The notes under the pieces: model-generated
What the model was told of the DNA's origin: nothing
Seen by the model: the letters and a program-made list of their open reading frames with translations, nothing else
The model's database searches: none
Part shown: positions 19,741-27,975 of the stretch, one piece after another
Layout: each line of letters starts with the position of its first letter
Position numbering within the stretch: the stretch's first letter is position 1
Assembly: GCA_017471175.1 (NCBI GenBank)
Contig: JAFUVS010000002.1
Location: forward strand, 14,732 to 78,731
Direction: 5' to 3'
Source: Paludibacteraceae bacterium
GTDB lineage: Bacteria; Bacteroidota; Bacteroidia; Bacteroidales; Paludibacteraceae
DNA length: 64,000 nt
Program-made: the position numbers and the translations under genes

Positions 19741-19895
19741 GTATAGAAATGGGGATATATGCAAACGAGAGGGCAATTTTTTTATGATTGTTTATTTGTT
19801 GTACTGCTTAATGGGCGGCTATATGAGCAGTGCCCGAATAGAATTCGGGGTCAATTAACAAAGTAAAAAGCGGCTATTAGCTGCTGCAATGAACG

Positions 19896-19934
19896 AAAAA
19901 GACAGAAGGCTGTCCGTTAGGATAGCCTTCTGTC
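19896..19934 (-). terminator. Intrinsic terminator of the BspA-like gene
   Basis: Perfect 11-bp stem gacagaaggct / agccttctgtc (19901-19911 / 19924-19934), followed on the minus strand by TTTTT. Confidence 0.7.
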
Positions 19935-19983
19935 TTGAAGAGGGGGGCATTGGTTGATGGGCGGGCTAATAGTTGCGGGGCTA

Positions 19984-22900
19984 TTAGTTGAGGTGCTGAC
20001 CTTGGATGGTGTAGATAGAGCCTTGGATGGTGTAGCGGATGCCGTTGCGCTCGATGTAGAGAATGCCTTTCTCGATGAACTTGCGGCAGTCGTCTGTAGT
20101 CTGAATGCCGGTCTCGTAGAGGGCAGTCGGCTCATTCTTTTCGTATTGTGCTGTAACGGTGAGGTCGGCGGTCACATGGGTGTAGTCAATGTCCCAGCCT
20201 TTGAAGGTGTAACCTTCCACAGCGGGGGCTTCAGGTGCGACAGCGTCTGCTCCGTGCTCCACTACTTGCGGGGTGCCGATAGTGTTGCCCTCCTTGTCAA
20301 GGAAAGTAACAGTGTATTGTTTGATGACGAACCATGCAGTAACGAGCGTATCCGTAGTGACGACAAGTCCTGTTTCGGGGTCGTAATTCTCCCAATGGTC
20401 GAAGGTGTAACCATCATCGGGTGTTGCTGTAAGGTGGAGGACAGCCTCATCGGGTACCGCCGTAAGATTGATACCATCCTCTTCTACAGTTATCGTTCCG
20501 TTTTCGGCAGTGAGGGTGACTTGGAAAGTAAAGTTGCCCGTGAAGTATCCGGGGATACCTTTCCTATCGGGGCGAGCATATTCCGCATCCCTATATGCAA
20601 AGTCATAGGCCGTTCCTTTTCCTCCAGTCAGAGCGTTACAGTCAAGGAACATATCGTCCGAGAAGCCGGGTGTCCAAGTTCCATTGCAGTAGATAGCAGT
20701 TAGTGCTTCGCAGCCAGAAAACATGGCAGTCATATTTTCCACTTTATCCGTATTGAAGTTGTTCAAGTCAAGCGTTTTGAGAGTTGCGCAGTCAGCAAAC
20801 ATTCCATTCATATCCTCCACGTTTGCCGTATTGAAGTTGCTCAGGTCAAGCGTTTTGAGTGCTGCGCAACCGGCAAACATATAGGTCATATTGGTTACTT
20901 GAGCCGTATTCAAATAGTCCAAATGTTCTATTTCTTCGAGTGCTTCAAACATTGCGAACCAATAGTAAGTACTGATGGGTTGTGCTTCTTTCATAGAGGC
21001 ATCGAAAACGACTTTTCTGATAGCGGCAATCTGTTGTGCCGTTTCAGGTGATTCAATCTCAGAAACACCAAAGAGGCTGCTCCATTCGGTCATTACTCCT
21101 GTTCTGGTTCCTTTCTGTGTGTCGTAATAGAGTGTCATAGTTTTTTCGTCCTCAGACAGAGCGGCATAAATCCCGCTAACAGGAGTGAAGTATCCCGGTT
21201 TGCTTTCTTCATCGGGACGTGCGTAATCCGCATTCGTATGTGCATCGTCATAAGCAGTTCCGTTTCCTCCCACGAGACTTGTACAGTCAAGGAACATATC
21301 GTCGGAGTCATCCGGTGTCCAAGTGTCATTGCAATAGATGGTGGTGAGTGCAGTACAACGGGCAAACATTCCTTCCATATCCGACACCCCAAACGTAATG
21401 AAACGACTGAGGTCAAGCGTTTTGAGTGCTGTGCAACCGGCAAACATAAGGGTCATAGTGGTTACTTTAGCGGTATTGAAGCTGCTCAGGTCAAGACTTT
21501 GTAGTGCGTCACAAGCGGAAAACATTCCTTCCATAAGTTCCACGTTAGCGGTATTGAAGTTGCTCAGGTCAAGACTTTGAAGTTCTTCGCACATGCTAAA
21601 CATTCCGGTCATATCGGTTACGTTAGCGGTATTGAAGTTGCTCAGGTCAAGACTTTTGAGTTCTGTGCAATCTGCAAACATATTGCTCATATTGGTTACG
21701 TTAGCGGTATTGAAGTTGCTCAGGTCAAGACTTTGAAGTTCTTCGCACATGCTAAACATTCCGGTCATATCGGTTACGTTAGCGGTATTGAAGCTGCTCA
21801 CGTCAAGACTTGGAAGACTCATGCACCCCAAAAACATCCCGGTCATATTGGTTACGTTATCCGTATTGAAGTTGCTGAGGTCAAGACTTTTGAGACTTGA
21901 ACAAGCGCTAAACATCTCAGTCATATCGGTTACGTTAGCCGTATTAAAACTGCTTATATCCAATTTTTTGAGGAGGTTGCAAGCGGAAAACATTCCTGCC
22001 ATATTGGTCACATTAGCCGTATTGAAGTTGCTCAGGTCCAGTTTCTCGAGTGACTCGCATTGGGAGAACATGTTATTCATATCGGTCACATTATCCGTAC
22101 TGAAGCCGCTTAAATCTAAATTATTGACTTCTTTACAGTAATAAAACATTTCAGCCATATTGGTTACTTCCGTAGTGTTCAGATAGTTTAGGTTTTCAAT
22201 CTTGGATAAGTCTTTCGAATTATAGAACCAGCGGTAAGTAGAGGTCGGTCTGGCATCTTTCATCGAAGCATCTACTATTACTTTCGTGACTTTCGTGATA
22301 TCTTTCTCACTTCCGGTAGTTCCCTCGGTGACAGTCCAGAAAGGCAGTGTTTTGTGGTTTGCTTTATTTTCGTCGAAATAGAGCGTCATTGTCTTTCCGT
22401 CCTCGGAGAGCGCGGCATAAATCTCTTTTTTTGCGGTAAAGTATCCTTTTTTATCTTCTCTGTCAGGTCTTGCGTAAAGGATATCCGTATGGTTCTTGTC
22501 ATACTCCGTTCCGTTTCCGCCTTTCAGAGCGGTGCAGTTAAAGAACATATTAGAGGAATTACTTGAGCTTGGATTCCAAATATCATTACAATAAATAGTG
22601 GTGAGTGATGTGCAGCCTTCAAACATACTGATCATAACTTCCACGTAATTCAGAATGGTATTGCACATATCTATCGTTTGAAGGCTTTGGCAGCCGTAAA
22701 ACATTGCGGTCATATCTTCCGCGCGACGCAAATGGATAGTACTGAGGTCAAGACTTTGTAAAGCGGTACAAAAGGCGAACATTCCCGCCAAATCGGTTAC
22801 GTAGCCCATATCCAAATAGTCCAAATGTTCGATTTCTTTCAACCCTTCCATTCGGTAGAACCATTGTTTGGTCGTGGTGAGTTCCGCCTCTTTCATCGAC

Positions 22901-23145
22901 TCATCCATAATAACTTTTTCGACAGCCGCCAACTCAGCGGCAAAACTGCCGCTGTAATCAGCCTCGGATGCTCCGTCCGTTTCATTCCACTCGTCCAAAA
23001 CGCCGTCTCTTGATGCTTTCATTTCATCGTAAAAGAGGGTCATCGTCTTTCCTCCATCGGACAAAACGGCGTAAATCTCCGCCGCAGACACCGAACCAGC
23101 AACGAGCATGGTCAGTGCGAACAAAAAGAATAGTTTTTTCTTCAT
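19984..23145 (-). CDS. BspA-family (DUF285-type) leucine-rich-repeat surface protein, 1053 aa
   Basis: Signal peptide MKKKLFFLFALTMLVAGSVSA. Three successive cassettes each start with IYA-x-LS-x-x-GKTMTLY-x-D, run through LDLSNFNTANVTNM-x-x-MF repeats and end with TIYCND...GG(N/K)GTAYD. Two Listeria-Bacteroides repeats sit near the C-terminus. Confidence 0.9.
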   Translation of the reverse strand: MKKKLFFLFALTMLVAGSVSAAEIYAVLSDGGKTMTLFYDEMKASRDGVLDEWNETDGASEADYSGSFAAELAAVEKVIMDESMKEAELTTTKQWFYRMEGLKEIEHLDYLDMGYVTDLAGMFAFCTALQSLDLSTIHLRRAEDMTAMFYGCQSLQTIDMCNTILNYVEVMISMFEGCTSLTTIYCNDIWNPSSSNSSNMFFNCTALKGGNGTEYDKNHTDILYARPDREDKKGYFTAKKEIYAALSEDGKTMTLYFDENKANHKTLPFWTVTEGTTGSEKDITKVTKVIVDASMKDARPTSTYRWFYNSKDLSKIENLNYLNTTEVTNMAEMFYYCKEVNNLDLSGFSTDNVTDMNNMFSQCESLEKLDLSNFNTANVTNMAGMFSACNLLKKLDISSFNTANVTDMTEMFSACSSLKSLDLSNFNTDNVTNMTGMFLGCMSLPSLDVSSFNTANVTDMTGMFSMCEELQSLDLSNFNTANVTNMSNMFADCTELKSLDLSNFNTANVTDMTGMFSMCEELQSLDLSNFNTANVELMEGMFSACDALQSLDLSSFNTAKVTTMTLMFAGCTALKTLDLSRFITFGVSDMEGMFARCTALTTIYCNDTWTPDDSDDMFLDCTSLVGGNGTAYDDAHTNADYARPDEESKPGYFTPVSGIYAALSEDEKTMTLYYDTQKGTRTGVMTEWSSLFGVSEIESPETAQQIAAIRKVVFDASMKEAQPISTYYWFAMFEALEEIEHLDYLNTAQVTNMTYMFAGCAALKTLDLSNFNTANVEDMNGMFADCATLKTLDLNNFNTDKVENMTAMFSGCEALTAIYCNGTWTPGFSDDMFLDCNALTGGKGTAYDFAYRDAEYARPDRKGIPGYFTGNFTFQVTLTAENGTITVEEDGINLTAVPDEAVLHLTATPDDGYTFDHWENYDPETGLVVTTDTLVTAWFVIKQYTVTFLDKEGNTIGTPQVVEHGADAVAPEAPAVEGYTFKGWDIDYTHVTADLTVTAQYEKNEPTALYETGIQTTDDCRKFIEKGILYIERNGIRYTIQGSIYTIQGQHLN
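21340..22191 (-). repeat. Array of ~11 tandem 78-bp (26-aa) LRR units inside the BspA-like gene
   Basis: Units follow LDLSxFNTxNVTxMxxMFxxCxxLxS. A 94-bp exact duplicate occurs at 21544-21637 and 21700-21793 (156-bp offset). Confidence 0.9.
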
Positions 23146-23171
23146 AGTTGTTTTGTTTATGTTATGTTGTG

Positions 23172-23444
23172 CTATTTGTCTTCATAGTGACCATAGGCGG
23201 TAATAACAAGTACTACCACCTCTTTTTCGAAAATCTCATAAACCAGCCTGTGCTTTTTCGTGATGCGTCTGCTCCAACGACCTTGAGGCTCTCCCTTAAG
23301 TTGTTCGGGATGACCAGAACCTGTTTTAGGATGTTCTTTTAATTCTTGAACAAAAGACAAAACCTTTTTATAAGCAATAGGTTCGTTCTTTTTGAGTTTG
23401 GCAATGTCTAACAAAGCCTGGTCTCGATAATCTATTTCATACAT
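23172..23444 (-). CDS. Txe/YoeB-family type II toxin
   Basis: GHPEQLKGEPQGRWSRRITKKHRLVYEI...ITAYGHY matches the YoeB core (G-x-PE-x-LK...WSRRI-x-x-x-HRLVY...HY). Confidence 0.88.
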   Translation of the reverse strand: MYEIDYRDQALLDIAKLKKNEPIAYKKVLSFVQELKEHPKTGSGHPEQLKGEPQGRWSRRITKKHRLVYEIFEKEVVVLVITAYGHYEDK

Positions 23445-23682
23445 AACCCAAGCGACTTAACATTTCGTCTAATGTCTCATCAGGCAACATCCTGTATTTC
23501 GGTCCTTTATCCGCTTCGTCAATACGACGGAAAAACTCCTCCTTGGTCATGCAAGTAGGGTCGTCGGTCATTTGTTTAGCCAGTTTTCGCACGTACTTGA
23601 CGACCTTGTCAAGCATGGTCTCATCTTCGGCGATAATGGCGAGATTGCGGTAGAGTTCCGCATTCAATTGTAATGCGTTCAT
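23437..23682 (-). CDS. Putative cognate antitoxin (81 aa)
   Basis: Overlaps the toxin start by 8 nt. Start chosen at ATG 23682 (MNALQLNAELYRNL...), 27 nt downstream of a -7 box. I recognise no family. Confidence 0.6.
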   Translation of the reverse strand: MNALQLNAELYRNLAIIAEDETMLDKVVKYVRKLAKQMTDDPTCMTKEEFFRRIDEADKGPKYRMLPDETLDEMLSRLGYV

Positions 23683-23708
23683 AATTGCGTTCGTTTTCAA
23701 TCCGGCGG

Positions 23709-23716
23709 CAAAGGTA
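23709..23716 (-). promoter_or_regulatory. -7 box (TACCTTTG) for the antitoxin-toxin(-BspA) transcript
   Basis: Plus-strand caaaggta at 23709-23716. Confidence 0.5.
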
Positions 23717-23812
23717 GGTAAAAAATTACAAACAGAGAAAACAAACCGTGCGAATTTTGCGAAATTCATACTCACGCGTCAGTGTGACGGGGGCTTGTGA
23801 TGCCTGTGTTCC

Positions 23813-23917
23813 TTCGGTGAGGTTTCGGTGAGGTTTGCTTAGTAACCCAATAATCACCCGCTAATCACCCGCTAATCACCCGCTAATCACCCGCTAATAT
23901 CCTGCTAATATCCTAAT
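23813..23917 (+). repeat. Three adjacent 11-bp-period direct repeat arrays
   Basis: ttcggtgaggt x2 (23813-23834); taatcacccgc x4 (23851-23894); taatatcctgc plus taatatcc (23895-23913), then taat. Confidence 0.9.
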
Positions 23918-23948
23918 GGAATACGCTGCCAACAAGGGAATTTCTATA

Positions 23949-24080
23949 GAGAGTTGTGGCGGAAGGATGGTGTTTGGCACGGAGAGTTGTGGAGGAAAGA
24001 GGGTGTCGGGTATGAAGATTTGTGGCGGAAGGATGGTGTTTGGCACGGAGTTTGCAAGGGAAAGAACGGAAAGAAATACC
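23949..24080 (+). repeat. 33-bp tandem repeat, 3 good copies plus 1 degenerate
   Basis: Copies at 23949, 23982, 24015 and 24048. Copies 1 and 3 differ at 2 of 33 positions (shared ttgtggcggaaggatggtgtttggcacg). The array ends 29 nt before the moxR ATG. Confidence 0.9.
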
Positions 24081-24109
24081 CGATTGCAAACATACATAAA
24101 ACATATACT

Positions 24110-25105
24110 ATGGAAACAACAGTAGATATTCGTGAACTGCAAGAGCGCATCGAGCGCGAGAGTTCGTTTGTCGATGCATTGAGCATGGGCATGAACCAAG
24201 TCATCGTAGGACAAAAACACCTCATCGAAAGCCTGCTTATCGGTCTGTTGAGCGACGGGCATATCCTGTTGGAAGGTGTACCCGGATTGGCAAAGACGTT
24301 GGCAATCAAAACGATGTCCGAATTGATTAAAGCGCGCTTCTCGCGTATTCAGTTCACTCCCGACCTGCTGCCTGCCGACGTGATAGGTACGCAGATCTAT
24401 TCGCAAAAACGTGAGGAGTTCTCCATCAAACGCGGTCCTATTTTTGCGAACTTCGTATTGGCGGACGAGATTAACCGTGCGCCCGCCAAGGTGCAGTCCG
24501 CTCTGCTTGAAGCCATGCAGGAAAGGCAAGTAACCATCGGCGAAGAGACCTTCCGCTTGGACGACCCGTTCCTCGTGCTTGCCACGCAGAACCCCATTGA
24601 GCAGGAAGGTACCTACCCCCTGCCCGAGGCGCAGACCGACCGCTTTATGCTCAAGGTAGTCATCGGCTATCCGCAAAAAGAAGAAGAACAGCAGATTATC
24701 CGCCAGAACATTTCGGGCGAGAAGAAACAGGTGCTGCCCATCCTTTCGCCGGAAGACATTCAGAAAGCGCGCGCCGTGGTTCGCCAAGTCTATTTGGATG
24801 AGAAGATAGAGCGTTATATCATTGACATCGTGTTTGCCACGCGCAATCCCGAGCAATACGGCTTGGAACAGATGAAGCCGATGATAGCCTTCGGCGGCAG
24901 CCCGCGTGCAAGCATCAACCTCGCTTTGGCAGCCCGCGCATACGCCTTTATCCACCGTCGCGGCTACGTCGTGCCCGAAGACGTGCGCGCCGTCTGCTAC
25001 GATGTCCTGCGCCACCGTATCGGTCTGACCTACGAGGCGGAAGCCAACAATATGACCACAGAAGACATCATCACCGAGATACTCAATGCCGTACAAGTGC
25101 CGTAG
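24110..25105 (+). CDS. MoxR-family AAA+ ATPase, first gene of the Bat/aerotolerance operon
   Basis: Walker A GVPGLAKT, Walker B ADEINRA, 331 aa. The track ORF extends upstream from TTG 23954 through the repeat array; I prefer ATG 24110 (METTVDIRELQ). Confidence 0.9.
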   Translation: METTVDIRELQERIERESSFVDALSMGMNQVIVGQKHLIESLLIGLLSDGHILLEGVPGLAKTLAIKTMSELIKARFSRIQFTPDLLPADVIGTQIYSQKREEFSIKRGPIFANFVLADEINRAPAKVQSALLEAMQERQVTIGEETFRLDDPFLVLATQNPIEQEGTYPLPEAQTDRFMLKVVIGYPQKEEEQQIIRQNISGEKKQVLPILSPEDIQKARAVVRQVYLDEKIERYIIDIVFATRNPEQYGLEQMKPMIAFGGSPRASINLALAARAYAFIHRRGYVVPEDVRAVCYDVLRHRIGLTYEAEANNMTTEDIITEILNAVQVP

Positions 25106-25200
25106 GAGTTAATAATTAATAGTTAATAGTTAATATTGCGTAGTAATTGAGTTTCATTGTTGATAGAAGTTAGGGAGTTATTTAGTATATATTTCTTATT

Positions 25201-26076
25201 ATGACATCGGAGGAGTTATTACATAAGGTCAGGAAAATAGAGATCAAGACCCGTTCTCTGAGCCGCAATATCTTCGCGGGCGAATACCATAGCCAGTTCA
25301 AAGGCAGAGGTATGGCTTTCTCGGAAGTGCGCGAATACCAGCCCGGCGACGATGTACGCTCCATCGACTGGAACGTGACGGCTCGTCTGAACCGCCCTTT
25401 CATCAAAGTCTATGAAGAGGAAAGGGAACTGACCGTCATGCTGTTGGTGGACGTAAGCGGCAGCCGCGACTTCGGTACCGCCGGACAGTTCAAGCGCGAC
25501 ACGATGGCAGAGATAGCTGCCACGTTAGCCTTCTCCACCATAGAGAACAACGATAAAGTGGGCGTGCTCTTCTTCTCCGACCGGATTGAGAAATTCATTC
25601 CGCCGAAGAAAGGCAAGAGCCACGTGCTGCATATCATCCGCGAGTTGATTTCTTTCGAGCCGCAGTCGAACGGCACCAACGTAGGACAGGCGTTGCAGTA
25701 CTTCACCAACGCACTCAAACGCCATTCAACCGCCTTCCTCATCAGCGATATGTTGCTTACCGAGAAAGTCAGTACGTTAGAGAAACCCGTGATGATAGCC
25801 GCCAACCGGCACGACCTGCACGTGGTTCAAGTCTATGACCGCCGCGATCGCGAACTGCCTGACATCGGACTGGTCAAGATGCACGATGCGGAAACAGGAA
25901 AAGACCTCTGGATAGACACCTCCGTGGCTGCCATCCGAAAAGCCTACTCCGACCATAACGCACGCCAACAAACTGCCCTCAATACCCTTTGGAAAAAAAG
26001 CGGCATAGCCAACGTGAGCGTTCGGACGGACGAAGATTATGTGAAAGCGTTAATGAAACTCTTTAAGCGGATTTGA
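25201..26076 (+). CDS. DUF58 domain protein
   Basis: REYQPGDDVRSIDWNVTAR motif plus a VWA-like LLVDVSGS segment. This is the canonical MoxR partner. Confidence 0.9.
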   Translation: MTSEELLHKVRKIEIKTRSLSRNIFAGEYHSQFKGRGMAFSEVREYQPGDDVRSIDWNVTARLNRPFIKVYEEERELTVMLLVDVSGSRDFGTAGQFKRDTMAEIAATLAFSTIENNDKVGVLFFSDRIEKFIPPKKGKSHVLHIIRELISFEPQSNGTNVGQALQYFTNALKRHSTAFLISDMLLTEKVSTLEKPVMIAANRHDLHVVQVYDRRDRELPDIGLVKMHDAETGKDLWIDTSVAAIRKAYSDHNARQQTALNTLWKKSGIANVSVRTDEDYVKALMKLFKRI

Positions 26077-26077
26077 T

Positions 26078-26977
26078 ATGTTGAACCTCTTGTTAGCCAT
26101 CATCGTCAGCGCGTCCATCGACTCCACAACGCTCTTCCTCGGCGACCAGACGCAATTGCGCCTCCAAGCCGTCACCGAAAAGACGGAAACAGTCCGGATG
26201 CCCGTGTATGGCGAATACCTGATACCCGGAATAGAAATAGTGCGCCGCACAGGCGTGGACTCCACCCTGCTCCAAGACGGTCGCCTGCAACTCAGTCAGA
26301 CGCTGACCATCACCTCGTTCCAAGACTCGCTTTTCGCTATCGCCCCGTTGCCATTCATTGCCGAGGGCGATACGCTGTACAGCGACCCGCTGATGCTCAA
26401 TGTGGTGCAGCCCTTTGAGATGGACTCTACCCCCGCTATCACCGACATCAAACCGATTCAGAAAGCCCCCGTATGGGTATGGGGCTGGTTGCGTTGGGTA
26501 GTTCTTCTCCTTGTATTGTCAGCCATCGGCGTGGGCTTGTACTACCTTATCAAACACATCCGCGACGGGCGCAGTCTGATTCACCCATACGTACACAAAG
26601 AACCCGAACGACCCGCCGAAGAGGTGGCTTTGGAGAAATTAGACCTTATTCGCGAAGAAAAAATCTGGCAGGCGGGACGCGAGAAAGACTACCATACCCA
26701 ACTCACTGACGTGGTTCGCGAGTACATTGGCAGACGATTTGACGTACATTCGACGGAAAAGACTTCCAATGAGACCCTGCGCGAAATGAAGGTCGTTCTC
26801 AAAGACCAAAAAGAGTTGTATTCAGGTCTGTCGCAGATGCTTCAATTAGCCGACCTGATTAAGTTCGCCAAGTGGAAAGCCACTCCCGAAGAGAACGAAC
26901 GCAGCCTGCAGACCGCCTATCAATTCGTCCGTGAGACAACGCCGCAAAACGAAGTAAAAGAGGAGGATAAGCCATGA
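26078..26977 (+). CDS. Bat-operon membrane protein of unknown function
   Basis: Single central TM segment VWVWGWLRWVVLLLVLSAIGVGLYYLI. Starts 1 nt after the DUF58 stop, and its stop overlaps the batA start (ATGA). Confidence 0.7.
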   Translation: MLNLLLAIIVSASIDSTTLFLGDQTQLRLQAVTEKTETVRMPVYGEYLIPGIEIVRRTGVDSTLLQDGRLQLSQTLTITSFQDSLFAIAPLPFIAEGDTLYSDPLMLNVVQPFEMDSTPAITDIKPIQKAPVWVWGWLRWVVLLLVLSAIGVGLYYLIKHIRDGRSLIHPYVHKEPERPAEEVALEKLDLIREEKIWQAGREKDYHTQLTDVVREYIGRRFDVHSTEKTSNETLREMKVVLKDQKELYSGLSQMLQLADLIKFAKWKATPEENERSLQTAYQFVRETTPQNEVKEEDKP

Positions 26978-27960
26978 CATTCCATTCACCGGCATACTTG
27001 TTTTTACTGCTTTTTTTAGTACCCGTTATCGGTTGGTACGTATGGCGGCGGCGCGACCAACAAGCGTCTTTGCACGTGAGCGACACCACCGTCTTGGCTC
27101 GTCAGCCCCGCTCGCTGCGGGTATGGCTCATTCACGTCCCCTTCGCGCTTCGTGTTCTGACCATTACGCTGCTTTCCATAGCCTTGGCACGACCGCAGCT
27201 GAGCAACCGCTGGCAGTCGCAGTCCACCGAAGGTATCGACATTATGATGGTGCTTGACGTATCGGGAACGATGCTCGCTGAAGACCTCAAACCCAATCGA
27301 TTGGAAGCCGCCAAAGAGGTGGCAACCGACTTTGTGATTAACCGCCCGAACGACAACATCGGTTTGGTGGTGTTTGCCGGCGAGAGCTTCACCCAATGCC
27401 CGCTGACCACTGACCACGCCGTGTTAGTCAATCTGTTTCAATCGGTTAAGTTCGGACTCATAGATGACGGTACAGCCATCGGTCTGGGATTGGCAAACAG
27501 CGTCAACCGTATGAAAGACTCGCCTACCAAGTCCAAAGTGATTATCCTTCTGACCGATGGTAGCAACAACCGTGGCGACATCACGCCGCAGACCGCAGCC
27601 GAGATTGCCAAGACCTACGGGATACGCGTCTATGCGGTCGGTGTCGGGTCGTACGGACAAGCCCGTGTCCCCGTTCAGACACCCTACGGAACGCAGTATA
27701 TGATGATGGACAGCGAGTTTGATGAGGGTACCCTCAAGAACATCGCACAAACGACAGGAGGCGAATACTTCCGCGCAACGGACAACAAGAGTCTCAAACG
27801 TATCTATGAGCAGATTGACCAATTAGAGAAGTCGAAGATTCGCGTGCGCGAATACTCCAAACGAAGCGAGAACTTTATGCCGTTTCTCTATGCAGCCCTT
27901 ATTTGTCTGCTGTTAGATATACTGATTCGTCATTTTGCACTTCGCACAATAGCCGAATAA
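26974..27960 (+). CDS. batA: VWA-domain aerotolerance protein BatA
   Basis: N-terminal TM segment, VWA MIDAS MMVLDVSGTM, C-terminal TM segment. Confidence 0.88.
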   Translation: MTFHSPAYLFLLLFLVPVIGWYVWRRRDQQASLHVSDTTVLARQPRSLRVWLIHVPFALRVLTITLLSIALARPQLSNRWQSQSTEGIDIMMVLDVSGTMLAEDLKPNRLEAAKEVATDFVINRPNDNIGLVVFAGESFTQCPLTTDHAVLVNLFQSVKFGLIDDGTAIGLGLANSVNRMKDSPTKSKVIILLTDGSNNRGDITPQTAAEIAKTYGIRVYAVGVGSYGQARVPVQTPYGTQYMMMDSEFDEGTLKNIAQTTGGEYFRATDNKSLKRIYEQIDQLEKSKIRVREYSKRSENFMPFLYAALICLLLDILIRHFALRTIAE

Positions 27961-27975
27961 TAAAGGAGAAAAGAT

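Noticed and set aside
19984-23145. Diversity-generating retroelement or shufflon acting on the LRR genes
   Set aside because: No reverse transcriptase, template repeat, invertase or inverted-repeat-flanked segment is present in the window. Variation is better explained by simple tandem-repeat recombination.
23851-23917. Possible CRISPR array, given the short direct repeats
   Set aside because: The units are 11 bp and directly abutting, with no spacers and no cas genes in the window. This is a microsatellite-like array, not a CRISPR array.
23954-24109. Calling the MoxR CDS from the upstream TTG so that it includes the W-rich repeat
   Set aside because: From ATG 24110 the protein is 331 aa, the usual MoxR size, and begins with the expected helical N-terminus. 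The upstream frame is open only because the repeat unit is a multiple of 3. It is kept as a finding to test rather than a feature.
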